IMG/VR virus record: IMGVR_UViG_3300017910_000654
Location: 1 to 56,825 of that record
Length of the DNA: 56,825 bases
Source of the DNA: a virus
Lineage: Duplodnaviria; Caudoviricetes
Direction: 5' to 3' (one strand)
Shown here: positions 7,044 through 16,800 of the stretch, one piece after another
Numbering within the stretch: position 1 is the first letter of the stretch
Layout of the letters: the number at the start of each line of letters is the position of its first letter
Notes under the pieces: generated by a model
The model's database searches: none
What the model was told of the DNA's origin: nothing
What the model saw: only the letters and a program-made list of their open reading frames with translations
Made by a program: the position numbers and the translations under genes

Positions 7044-7074
7044 GAAGGGGGGAGGCAACTCCTCCCTTTTTTTT
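7044..7074 (+). terminator. Intrinsic terminator
   Basis: GGGGGGAG-GCAA-CTCCTCCC followed by T8. Confidence 0.85.
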
Positions 7075-7240
7075 ATGAGCAAATGCTAAGAATTAGAGCG
7101 TATATAGTATTATTGTTCTACTATTATTTTATTTTTATTTTTTATATACGAGGGAAAAAAGTTAACATAATGCACAAGTCGTTGATTATCAACGAGAAAC
7201 TCAGCATAAAGTCAACATAAACTCAGCATAAACAATCAAA
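7075..7240. other. Origin-like element A (AT-rich tract plus 11-bp iterons)
   Basis: T-rich tract, TTATATACGAGG, GTTAACATA, TTGATTATCAA, 3 x (C/G)TCARCATAAA at 7200-7232; directly before the primase-helicase. Confidence 0.6.
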
Positions 7241-7242
7241 TC

Positions 7243-9657
7243 ATGACATCAAACATCACAATATTCAAGAACATCAAGGAGACAGATGCCCCATTCCATA
7301 GGAACGTAGGGCATATTATCGCACGCATCAAGGATGGTGCATCCAAGGAACTTGTCAAGCGTATCCGCAAGGAACAACGCAAGGCAGAGCGTAACGAACT
7401 GAAGAAGCAACTACCCGCCATCTGTTTCAGCGGTATCTTCACCAAGCGTAACGACAGCAGTATACAACAGCACAGCGGATTCATCTGCTTGGACTTCGAT
7501 GGATACGAGAAGTCAAAGGATATGCTACAGGACAAGGAGAACATCACCAAGTCTCCGTACACATACTCGGTATTCATATCACCATCGGGACAAGGGCTGA
7601 AGGTATTGGTCAAGATACCACAAGACGTAGACAACCACGTCAACTACTTCAATAGTCTGAAGAAGCACTACAACAACGACAAGTTTGATGATACGTGCAA
7701 GAACATAAGTCGTGTTTGCTACGAGTCGTATGACCCATTGATATACGTCAACGAGAACTCAAGCGTATGGGATAAGATTGAGGAGAGAGAGTACAGCGAG
7801 AAGCATCAGTACAGAGATGCACCAACAATCCCAATCACGGACGAGAATAAAATCGTGGACATCCTTGTCAAGTGGTGGACAAAGAAATATCCTATGGTCG
7901 AAGGACAGCGTAACCATAACTGCTACGTGTTGGCATCAGCGTTCAATGACTTCGGTGTAAACAAATCATTGGCGGGATACGTAATGTCCAACTACGAGTC
8001 GGCTGACTTCAACGAGATGGAGATACAGCGAACGATTGATTCAGCGTACAGCAACACAGCTAACTTCGGAACCAAGTACTACGAGGATGAGGAGAGGGTG
8101 CAGAGTCTCAAGGTGAAACTCAAAAGAGGTGCATCAAAAAAAGAACTCCGTTCCCAACTAGAAGAGTCTCACTTGGAGAACGATGTTATCGAGGCGGTAC
8201 TTACGCGCATAGATGAGGAGGCTCAAGAGACACAATTTTGGATGAAGACGGACAAGGGTGTAGTTAAAATCATACACGTTCTGTTCAAGCAATTCCTAGA
8301 GGACAACGGCTTCTACAAATTCAATCCCGAGGGAAGCAAGAACTACGTGTTCGTAAAGGTCACCAACAATCTCATTGACCACACCGACGAGAAGGAGATA
8401 AAGGACTTCATCCTAAACCATCTGATAGAGATTGATGACCTAAGTATTTACAATCACTTCGCTGACAAGGTGCGATACTTCAAAGAGGATTTCCTTACGC
8501 TACTAAGTACGATTGATATCTACTTCATCGAGGATAACAAGGACACATCGTATCTGTACTACAGAAACTGCGCGGTCAAGATTACCAAGGATGATATTCA
8601 AATGATAGACTACATTGACCTTGGTGGTTACGTATGGAAAGACCACGTCATCGACAGAAACTTCATGGTGTGCCAAGCCAATACAGACTATCGCAGATTC
8701 ATTGCGAACATCTGTAACGGGGAGGAGGACAGAGTGAAGGCGATGGAGTCAACGATTGGATTCATGATGCACGGACACAAGAACCTATCGTTCTGTCCCG
8801 CTGTGATTCTTAATGACGAGGTTATCAGCGACAATCCCGAGGGCGGTACGGGCAAGGGCATCTTCATGAATGCTCTTGGTCAGATGAAGAAGGTGGTCAC
8901 CATTGATGGTAAGTCATTCACGTTCGAGCGTTCGTTTGCATACCAACTTGTATCGGCTGACACGCAGATACTTGTGTTCGATGATGTGCGTAAGCACTTT
9001 GACTTCGAGCGATTGTTCTCTGTGGTGACCGAGGGGTTGACGTTGGAGAAGAAGAACAAGGATGCCATCAAGATACCATTCAGCAAGTCACCTAAGATTG
9101 CCATCACAACCAACTACGCCATCAAGGGTACGGGTAATTCATTCGCAAGAAGAAAATGGGAACTTGAGTTACATCAGCACTACAACAAGAACTACACACC
9201 GATGGATGAGTTCGGTCAGCTGTTCTTCAGCGATTGGAATGATGATGAGTGGTGTGCGTTTGACAACTACATGATAGGGTGTCTTCAAGGATACTTAAGC
9301 ACGGGGTTAATTGAGAGCAAGTTTGTTAATCTCAAGGTTCGTCAGCTATCGGCAGAGACATCGCACGACTTCATCGAGTGGTGCGGTCTTATCAATGGCT
9401 CAGACGAAAACCATTTGCTCAAGGTCGATACCAAGATACATTTGCAGAATGCCTACATGGAGTTCATTGAGCAGTATCCCGACTACGGACCGAAGGCAAA
9501 GCTGACCATCAGTCGTATCCGATTCAACAAGTGGATGGTGGCATACGCCACGTTCAAGTCGGGTGCAAGACCACAGGAAGGTCGCGATATGACAGGTAAA
9601 TGGATGAGAATAAAAAGAAATGATGAGGTCAACACGCAAACCAAACTTATTGTGTAA
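7243..9657 (+). CDS. Primase-helicase (BT4734/VirE-N primpol, PriCT-like, SF3-type helicase)
   Basis: KKQLPAICFSG, CLDFD, SPSGQGLK, EGQRN; Walker A GGTGKG; Walker B LVFDD; ITTN. Confidence 0.85.
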   Translation: MTSNITIFKNIKETDAPFHRNVGHIIARIKDGASKELVKRIRKEQRKAERNELKKQLPAICFSGIFTKRNDSSIQQHSGFICLDFDGYEKSKDMLQDKENITKSPYTYSVFISPSGQGLKVLVKIPQDVDNHVNYFNSLKKHYNNDKFDDTCKNISRVCYESYDPLIYVNENSSVWDKIEEREYSEKHQYRDAPTIPITDENKIVDILVKWWTKKYPMVEGQRNHNCYVLASAFNDFGVNKSLAGYVMSNYESADFNEMEIQRTIDSAYSNTANFGTKYYEDEERVQSLKVKLKRGASKKELRSQLEESHLENDVIEAVLTRIDEEAQETQFWMKTDKGVVKIIHVLFKQFLEDNGFYKFNPEGSKNYVFVKVTNNLIDHTDEKEIKDFILNHLIEIDDLSIYNHFADKVRYFKEDFLTLLSTIDIYFIEDNKDTSYLYYRNCAVKITKDDIQMIDYIDLGGYVWKDHVIDRNFMVCQANTDYRRFIANICNGEEDRVKAMESTIGFMMHGHKNLSFCPAVILNDEVISDNPEGGTGKGIFMNALGQMKKVVTIDGKSFTFERSFAYQLVSADTQILVFDDVRKHFDFERLFSVVTEGLTLEKKNKDAIKIPFSKSPKIAITTNYAIKGTGNSFARRKWELELHQHYNKNYTPMDEFGQLFFSDWNDDEWCAFDNYMIGCLQGYLSTGLIESKFVNLKVRQLSAETSHDFIEWCGLINGSDENHLLKVDTKIHLQNAYMEFIEQYPDYGPKAKLTISRIRFNKWMVAYATFKSGARPQEGRDMTGKWMRIKRNDEVNTQTKLIV
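9279..9294. repeat. Palindrome copy 9 (GTGTCTTCAAGGATAC, 1 mismatch), inside a CDS
   Basis: 15/16 match to consensus. Confidence 0.8.
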
Positions 9658-9883
9658 CGATAGGGGTTACGACGACTGCGAACATCTGATTCAGCTCTAC
9701 TCATTGCGTAACGTAATGTTTATTAAGCTTCGAAAGAAGATTGGAAGGGGAAAGAAAGCAGAGTTTATCGAGGTGTTCAAGTACAATGACCCTAGCCACG
9801 ATGTGGTAAGAGAAAATATAATGTATTCAATTAAAATTTATGAAGAGAAATGTTCAAGTTTAGACAATACCAATCAGACATAA
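9620..9883 (+). CDS. Hypothetical protein (start uncertain)
   Basis: ORF track; fills the gap. Confidence 0.5.
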   Translation: MMRSTRKPNLLCNDRGYDDCEHLIQLYSLRNVMFIKLRKKIGRGKKAEFIEVFKYNDPSHDVVRENIMYSIKIYEEKCSSLDNTNQT

Positions 9884-11076
9884 TCGACAGAGCAACAGCT
9901 ATCTGTCAGCGTTATGGGTTTGTCTATCTTGCAATGGAGGTGCGAACGGGTAAGACACTAACGAGTCTTGGGTTGGCAGATAAACTTGGTCGAAAGAACG
10001 TGCTGTTCGTGACCAAGAAGAAAGCCATCAGCAGTATCGAGAGTGATTACGCCACGCTCAATCCTAACTACAACATCGTGGTTATTAACTACGAGTCATT
10101 GCATAAGATAGATGACCTACCATACGACATGATGATACTTGATGAGGCGCACACGTTGGGTGCCTTTCCAAAGCCAAGCAAAAGAGCGAAGCAAGTGAGG
10201 GACATGGTGGAAAAGCACAAGCCAATTGTTTGCCTATTGTCAGGTACGCCAACTCCCGAGTCGTACTCACAGATGTACCATCAGGTGTATGGCATACCAA
10301 CCAATCCATTCAAGGAGTATCGCTCGTTCTACAAGTTCGCTAGTGAGTATGTGGATGTGAAGCAGAGAAAGATAAACTCTCTCATCATGAACGACTACTC
10401 CAACGGACGTAGTGTTATCATTGATAGAATGAAGCCTATGACCATATCATTTACGCAGGGTGCAGCGGGGTTCGTTAACCACATCGAAGAGGTGGTGCTG
10501 AACGTGAAGATGAATCCAACGACGTACAAGATTGCGAGTGCGTTGAAGAAGCATCGTGTGGTAGAGGGAGAGGGTGAGGTTATCCTTGGCGATACACCTG
10601 CCAAGCTGATGCAAAAGCTACATCAGATTTATTCGGGTACGATTAAGTTCGAGAGTGGCGAGTCGATGGTTCTTGATAGCACCAAGGCTGAGTTCATCAA
10701 GGACAGGTTCAAGGGGCAGAAGATAGGAATCTTCTACAAGTTCAGAGAGGAGTACAACGCATTGAAGAGTGTCTTTGAGGACACACTATGCAATACCCTT
10801 GATGGGTTCAACGGCACCGACAAGAATATAGCGCTGCAGATTGTGAGTGGAAGGGAGGGCATCAGTCTGCGTGAGGCTGATGCGTTGGTGTACTACAACA
10901 TTGACTTTAGTGCCACATCATATTGGCAGTCGAGAGACAGAATGACAACCAAGGATAGACGAACAAGTAAGGTCTATTGGTTATTTTCAGAGAGGGGGAT
11001 TGAGAAGGACATCTACAAGGCGGTGTCCAATAAAAAGGATTATACACTTAAACATTTTAAAAAAGATTTCTTATGA
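9850..11076 (+). CDS. SNF2-like superfamily 2 helicase
   Basis: RTGKT, NYESL, DEAH, LSGTP, GREGISL, QSRDR motifs. Confidence 0.85.
   Translation: MFKFRQYQSDIIDRATAICQRYGFVYLAMEVRTGKTLTSLGLADKLGRKNVLFVTKKKAISSIESDYATLNPNYNIVVINYESLHKIDDLPYDMMILDEAHTLGAFPKPSKRAKQVRDMVEKHKPIVCLLSGTPTPESYSQMYHQVYGIPTNPFKEYRSFYKFASEYVDVKQRKINSLIMNDYSNGRSVIIDRMKPMTISFTQGAAGFVNHIEEVVLNVKMNPTTYKIASALKKHRVVEGEGEVILGDTPAKLMQKLHQIYSGTIKFESGESMVLDSTKAEFIKDRFKGQKIGIFYKFREEYNALKSVFEDTLCNTLDGFNGTDKNIALQIVSGREGISLREADALVYYNIDFSATSYWQSRDRMTTKDRRTSKVYWLFSERGIEKDIYKAVSNKKDYTLKHFKKDFL
10769..10784. repeat. Palindrome copy 10 (GTGTCTTTGAGGACAC), inside a CDS
   Basis: Matches consensus. Confidence 0.9.
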
Positions 11077-11345
11077 ACGATGATACATTATTTGCAGACG
11101 GATTTAACGATGCCATACTAGGGCTGTCAAGTGAGTGGGAGAATGTGCCACGGGTTGTATACTCAAAGCACAAGATGGTTCTCATTATAATGAAGGAGGG
11201 TCTTACCTACGAGGAGGCGGTTGAGCATCTAGAGTACAACGTGTGGGGTGCATACGTTGGAGAGGGTACACCAATATACTGTGAGGATAGGTTCGGAGAA
11301 ACGCGAGATGCCATTGAAGAATTGTTGGATGTTTACGAAAACTAA
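11073..11345 (+). CDS. Conserved phage hypothetical protein
   Basis: ADGFNDAILG...EYNVWGAYVGEGTP pattern. Confidence 0.75.
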   Translation: MNDDTLFADGFNDAILGLSSEWENVPRVVYSKHKMVLIIMKEGLTYEEAVEHLEYNVWGAYVGEGTPIYCEDRFGETRDAIEELLDVYEN

Positions 11346-11361
11346 TCTTTATATTTATGAA

Positions 11362-11577
11362 GTGAGGTTCATTAAGTTCTTGGTTGTTTGGATTAGTCAA
11401 AACTTAGCGATTCCGTTTTGGATTGTGGGTCACGTACATTTATCAATCCATAACTTTCACGATGCGATAGAATTAATTTCATCTGTTGGAATGAATATTA
11501 TCGTAGCCATTGGATTCTTAATTGATTACAACAATGACCGAGCAACAGATACAGAGCAAAAGGATAAAGCAACTTGA
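11362..11577 (+). CDS. Small membrane protein
   Basis: Two hydrophobic segments; start reassigned to GTG 11362. Confidence 0.55.
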   Translation: MRFIKFLVVWISQNLAIPFWIVGHVHLSIHNFHDAIELISSVGMNIIVAIGFLIDYNNDRATDTEQKDKAT

Positions 11578-11779
11578 GGATGATGGATACTACGTTGTCA
11601 AACTAATCAAGACAAACAAGAATGGGATACCCGACCTGATAGCTATACCAAAAGGAGCTGACGTTTTGTTTAGCGAGGTAAAGAAACCAAATGGGAAGGT
11701 ATCAAAGTTGCAAGAGTACAGACTAAAAGAACTTAAACAATATGGATTCAAAACAGAAGTATACAGAGGTGATGCATGA
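11534..11779 (+). CDS. VRR-NUC domain nuclease
   Basis: MTEQQIQ, GIPDL, FSEVK, GKVSKLQ. Confidence 0.85.
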   Translation: MTEQQIQSKRIKQLEDDGYYVVKLIKTNKNGIPDLIAIPKGADVLFSEVKKPNGKVSKLQEYRLKELKQYGFKTEVYRGDA

Positions 11780-12116
11780 GGAGAATTTTTATGAGGTTGA
11801 TGATTGGTTTATCGAGAAGCTAAGGAAAGCTCCGAGGCAGATAGGTATTCACATAGCCAATCTCATTGACAAGAACTTTGCATCTCTTCCAACCGCGGTA
11901 GGTTGGACACAGAATGTTGGGGGTGTATGCATCACCACAGATGAGCCGTTCTACTTTGAGTTGGAATATCTCAAGCAACCCGATGAGCCACCAATCTTTT
12001 TGGATATAAAGGAGATTGACGTGGATGAGTACTTAGATTATATTTTAGAAAACAAAACACTTAAATTAAATGAAACTGAGAGAAGTAAACAACAAGACGA
12101 AGGAAGCACTGATTGA
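11742..12116 (+). CDS. Hypothetical protein (start may be 11772)
   Basis: ORF track. Confidence 0.7.
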   Translation: MDSKQKYTEVMHEENFYEVDDWFIEKLRKAPRQIGIHIANLIDKNFASLPTAVGWTQNVGGVCITTDEPFYFELEYLKQPDEPPIFLDIKEIDVDEYLDYILENKTLKLNETERSKQQDEGSTD

Positions 12117-12615
12117 ATCAATAGAGAAGATATTAGATGTTGACATAACAGACAAGAGCAGAAAGGCGGAGGTCATAACGGGACGAATGATTTACTATGC
12201 CCTGTTGAGGGATATGAATTATTCGTGGACATCAATCGCACGAAGCTTAGAAAAGAATCACGCTACAGTCATCAATGGATACAGAGTGTTCGAGGACTTG
12301 GTGTCATACGACCAAGAACTACAAGAAAATTTTGAGATGATTAAGGCTGATTATTTCGACAGAAATAACGAGCATCCGTTTCAGTTTGTGTCACGAATGA
12401 GGTTAGTGGGGGATGCCATAGATTTGGAGAAGCAGAATAAAAAACTTACATTAGACATAAATGAGTTGATGCTTGAGAGAAGTCGATACGCAAAATACTT
12501 CCCCGTACTAGATGTGCTACGTATACACGACAACATATTGGATAAGCAAACACTAGAGGAGGTTAGCAAGAATTTAAATCATACATTAAATGGACTATAC
12601 AATAAACGACATTGA
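12070..12615 (+). CDS. Second DnaA domain IV-like HTH protein with coiled coil
   Basis: KSRKAEVITGRMIYYALLR...SIARSLEKNHATVING. Confidence 0.7.
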   Translation: MKLREVNNKTKEALIESIEKILDVDITDKSRKAEVITGRMIYYALLRDMNYSWTSIARSLEKNHATVINGYRVFEDLVSYDQELQENFEMIKADYFDRNNEHPFQFVSRMRLVGDAIDLEKQNKKLTLDINELMLERSRYAKYFPVLDVLRIHDNILDKQTLEEVSKNLNHTLNGLYNKRH

Positions 12616-12829
12616 AAAAATACTTGAGTTCAAGACGTGGTCTGACCGCAGGAAGATTGACGAGTTATTAAGAATGGACTGTGAGATGTACACTAATCTA
12701 GGCATCGACTCAACCAAGAAAGAAAAGTCTGAGGTCACCAAGAACTCAAGACGTATTTACAAAGCAATCAAAACGATAGACCAAAAGATGGGGCAGACCT
12801 TTCTCTTGGCTATGGACTCCACGTCATGA
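12590..12829 (+). CDS. Hypothetical protein
   Basis: ORF track. Confidence 0.75.
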   Translation: MDYTINDIEKILEFKTWSDRRKIDELLRMDCEMYTNLGIDSTKKEKSEVTKNSRRIYKAIKTIDQKMGQTFLLAMDSTS

Positions 12830-13014
12830 AGATAGATGCGCTAGATACACTTAGGATTGTCCGTGTCAATAATGTCATGGACAGTATCTATGATGCTAGT
12901 GCTGATATATATGAATCACTAATGGATGAGGATTACGATGACCTACATAGGAACATCATAAGAATGCGAGAGTTGATTGATAACATAGAGGAATCAATCA
13001 AGGATGAACTATAA
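12826..13014 (+). CDS. Hypothetical acidic protein
   Basis: ORF track; ATGA overlap. Confidence 0.7.
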   Translation: MKIDALDTLRIVRVNNVMDSIYDASADIYESLMDEDYDDLHRNIIRMRELIDNIEESIKDEL

Positions 13015-13375
13015 GGTCTGCAATCTGTGTCGGCAAAGCAAGTCGAAGGAAGAGTTCTATCATAGGAAGAATGGTAGTCTTCGTGGTGACTGTATCGAAT
13101 GTTGCTCGGCAAGAAAGAAAAAACGCAGGCAGGAAACAAGTCAATGGATTACCGATTACAAGATGTCAAGGGCGTGCAAGATGTGCGGATACTCAAAAGA
13201 AACACACGACACCTTTACGCCAAAGGCATTACACTTCCACCATCCACAAGGCAACAAGGAGTTCTCAATTGGTAACATAGCAAAGACAGGACACAGCGTA
13301 GGAAGACTAAAAAAAGAGGTGGCTAAGTGCGTACTACTTTGTGCACGATGTCATATAGAGGTACACGAGAAATGA
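13004..13375 (+). CDS. Zn-finger/HNH-like endonuclease
   Basis: CNLC, CIEC, CKMC, LHFHH, KCVLLCARCH. Confidence 0.7.
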   Translation: MNYKVCNLCRQSKSKEEFYHRKNGSLRGDCIECCSARKKKRRQETSQWITDYKMSRACKMCGYSKETHDTFTPKALHFHHPQGNKEFSIGNIAKTGHSVGRLKKEVAKCVLLCARCHIEVHEK

Positions 13376-13791
13376 GATTTGAAAAAGCATCAGACCTACA
13401 GAGAGAGCGTAAGGCGATAGAGAAGTTCACGAGCAAGTTCAACGGCACGTACAAGAAGCTTGACCCTAACGACATTGACTACCGTGTGTTCGACAGCAAG
13501 GGAAACCTTATAGCCTATGCCGAGGTCAAGGGCAGACTACGTAGTCTATCAAGCGCATACCCACTACCTATCGCTGCACGTAAGGTTGTCAAGCTGTGCG
13601 ACAAGAGGTTGAACCCCGTTATTATATGGGCGTGTGATGATGGCATCATCTACGGTAAGCCAACAGAGATAAAGGGCTCGGTCAGATGGGGAGGCAGAAA
13701 GCCACGCGAGGGTGCGGTCAACGATGAGGAGCTGATGATATACTACGACAAGCAGAAGGGCTTCAGATACTATAAGTACTACGAGGAATGA
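13372..13791 (+). CDS. PD-(D/E)XK-family nuclease-like protein
   Basis: IDY...AYAEVKGR; start reassigned to the ATGA overlap at 13372. Confidence 0.6.
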   Translation: MRFEKASDLQRERKAIEKFTSKFNGTYKKLDPNDIDYRVFDSKGNLIAYAEVKGRLRSLSSAYPLPIAARKVVKLCDKRLNPVIIWACDDGIIYGKPTEIKGSVRWGGRKPREGAVNDEELMIYYDKQKGFRYYKYYEE

Positions 13792-13792
13792 G

Positions 13793-13824
13793 TTTGGATA
13801 TATCCAAAATTTGTTTTATCATTG
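13793..13824 (+). promoter_or_regulatory. Promoter-like element with perfect palindrome TTTGGATATATCCAAA (13793-13808)
   Basis: TTTG-N20-TATCATTG. Confidence 0.55.
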
Positions 13825-13840
13825 TGAAAGAAATTAGATG

Positions 13841-13886
13841 AGGAAAAAGGGGGTGTGTCTTCAAGGACACATCCCCTTCCTTTTTT
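13841..13886. terminator. Likely bidirectional terminator between the arms, built around palindrome copy 11 (13855-13870)
   Basis: AAAAAGGGGGTGTGTCTTCAAGGACACATCCCCTTCCTTTTTT. Confidence 0.8.
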
Positions 13887-16800
13887 ATCTAATAGGATAA
13901 AGCTTACCATTTTTCTCAACGTATCCCATTTCCTCTAGCATTTTTTTCCTTTGTTCCCTTTGTTGTTTTTGAATCGCATCTTGTTCTCCATAAATCTGCT
14001 CATACAAATCTTCATCGAATCGTTTCAAGTCACTCTTCGTACTAGCATCAAATCCTCCTATAGGAACAACTCCTTGCAAGTCTTCTCCCCTTTTACCATA
14101 CCCCGGTCTGTAAGAAGAACTTATCCCAAAAATGTCATACATATTTTCATAGTATTCTTCCTCAGTTGAGAATCCGAACTTGCCTTTTTGTATATAGTTC
14201 ATCAAGGCAATAGGTGAGTCGAACTTAGCCCCTGCAGCAAACTCTCCTAATGGTTTAAGATATGCCTTGAAAAAATTGTCAGGGTCTTCTTCTATACCCT
14301 CATTTATTTCTCTAATGATTGGGCTAATTGGGTTCACCCCCACCTCAGCCTGAGCTCTTTCACCTCTATAAGCTGCTACACCCTCTTCTAGCGCGACACC
14401 AACTAATGGAATGTTGTACAGTATGTTCAGACCTATGGCTGCATCCTTTAGTTTTCTGTAAAATATTTCTTTGTCTTCATCGTCACCTCTCGTAAGCAAA
14501 GCAATATTAGATGCGGCTGTAAATAAAACATTGGCAATTGAATAGTCTACCACAAAACCCCGTATGTCTTTTCTCCTTGGCATCTTACCCGCCTTAATAG
14601 ATTTCGCTATGTTGGTAGTGTTCTGCATTAACCTGTTAATCTGAAGCAATGTAACACTCATAAAGGTTGTAAGCAGCTGAGAACCAATATTACTTTTTAA
14701 TTGTATCGGAGCTTTGTTGGTGCTTCTTCGTGGTTGCTGTGTAGCATCATACTGATTGAAAGCTTCCAATGCTTCAGCTTCAGTCATACCATTAGCTATG
14801 TTTCTTTTATAATTAACATAGTAACCTAGTACACCTAGTATATCACCCAAAGCAGTGAAGCCTCCTTTTGCGATGTTAAATGCTCTACGTGCTTTTTGAA
14901 GTAGTCCCGTTGGCTTACCAACTTTTTTAAACGTTTGAGTTCCTGACTCAAGTGCGTAAACATCTCCACCCTGAAAACCCTGTACGAAACGCTCATTAAA
15001 AGTTGCAGACATCTCTCTAGCTTTTGCTATAGGACCATTCCTAGTAAATGCATCCTTAGCAAAAACACCTAGCAAAGCTGCAGTGTAATCTATAGGGAAC
15101 ATAAATAAATCAAAAGAACTCTTAACAGCTTGAGGCAATCTACTATTGTCAGGGAAATAATTGTAGTCGCGATATGCAGAAACAAAAGATGTCATCTGCT
15201 TTAAAACTTGAATAGGTTTAAATGAAAGAACATACCCCACATACTTTCTAATCAAACCCTGAGCAAGAGTTCTATTTGTGCCGATTGCTTTCATAGATTG
15301 AGCAGCAGCCATAGGATTTACCTCTACCATTATGAGTCCATACAGAAGGTTCTTAAGGCTTGATTGCTCCATCAATGTGTTCACAACAGGAAGTTTAAAT
15401 ATGTCGTTTAATCTTTGGACACCAACAGCATAAGCCTTGAACTTCTCTATTGTTTCTATGTGAGTCATTAATGTTCCAATGAAAGTCTCAGTGGTTAAAT
15501 CAATGTCTTGATTGTTGTCAACCCTGTCCTTAAGTGCAGAGGCAGTCTGTGCTGAAAACGTGCCCAAGAAGTCACCATTGTCAACCATGTTAGAAAATTC
15601 ATTACTCGAATCAGTCTGCACCTTGGTAGGGAAATAGTTTTCTATATATCCCAAATTCACACCGTTGACTAATCGGTATATTGAATTTGTTTCCTCGTAA
15701 TACTGAGTGCTCAAATACTCAACTACGTTATCTGCAAATCTTATTAGGTCAGGTCCTAACTGATTCTCAATATCTTGCAGCATTTCGTTTGTTACGCCTT
15801 GGTTTTTTAGTTTAGCTCGTTGCTTTTCATTTTTACTTAAGGCATAAATTCTTAGCAATTGATTGGCATTAAATATTTCCGAATAACTTTTGCCACGAGA
15901 ATCTCTTAGCCCATTCAACCTGTATGTCTTTGGTCTGCCCAAGAAATCTAATCCAAACAAACTATTCAGCCTCACTTCTACTTGACCGATTCCTTTTGAG
16001 AAGCCTGAGTCAATAGCTATTTGATTAAGAATTTTTCGCTTCTCTCTTATTTGCTGAAGCTTAACTTCACTCATTCTGTTAAGACTATTATAAACTCTCT
16101 CAGTAAAGAATCTTCTCCCCTTGGCTTTATTGTCCAAGAAGTTTGTAACGGTCTCAACATTAGTTAAAACATTTTTAAACTCTGTTACCCATCCACTTTT
16201 TCTTCCTAAAAGCTTATTAGATATTGTGTCGAAAACCTTTTTAACTATTCCTCTTGCAGAGAAGTCAGCTCTGATAGCATTTTTTTCTGCTTCTAGTTGA
16301 CCACGCCCTTTAGGCTTGCCATCCTCATTAAACAATAGAGGGTTGGTTTCTTGAATTTGTTCAGTCGCCTCCTCCTGTATTGCCTTAGCATCAGCCGCAC
16401 GCTGTAACCTCCTTGTCTTAAACTTTAGAATACCCTCCTTCTTTATCTTCTTCATCTCAGAAAGGAGCTGCTGCACCTCTTCGAGAGTCATTGTTTCTAT
16501 GTCGGCAAAAGTATCGTAGGCTAACTGTAGTTGAACCAATTGCTGTTCTCGGGAGGTTATCTCCTCGCCATTCTCTATTTTGGCAATAGCCTCATTAATA
16601 ATAGTAGAGTTAGAATCTAGCCTGCTTTTTATAGCCTCCATTGCTTCCGCTCTTGTTTCGGGTTTAGATTTTTGCAATGCATCTAACACCTTTTTGATTT
16701 GAGCGAACTGAAGTTGAGTAAGAGCATCTACTCCTTTAGCCCTTCTCTTTTTGCCTTGCTTCCGAGTCTTAGCTTTTGATGCCACTACTTTACTTATCTC

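Noticed and set aside
6534-7220. ORFs 6534..6821, 6698..6910 and 7023..7220
   Set aside because: They overlap real genes, the pseudoknot, the terminator and origin-like DNA; composition is low-complexity
13732-13738. Further CTGATGA cores (also 20547 and 43359)
   Set aside because: No stem II plus GAAA and no flanking stems; all lie inside CDSs
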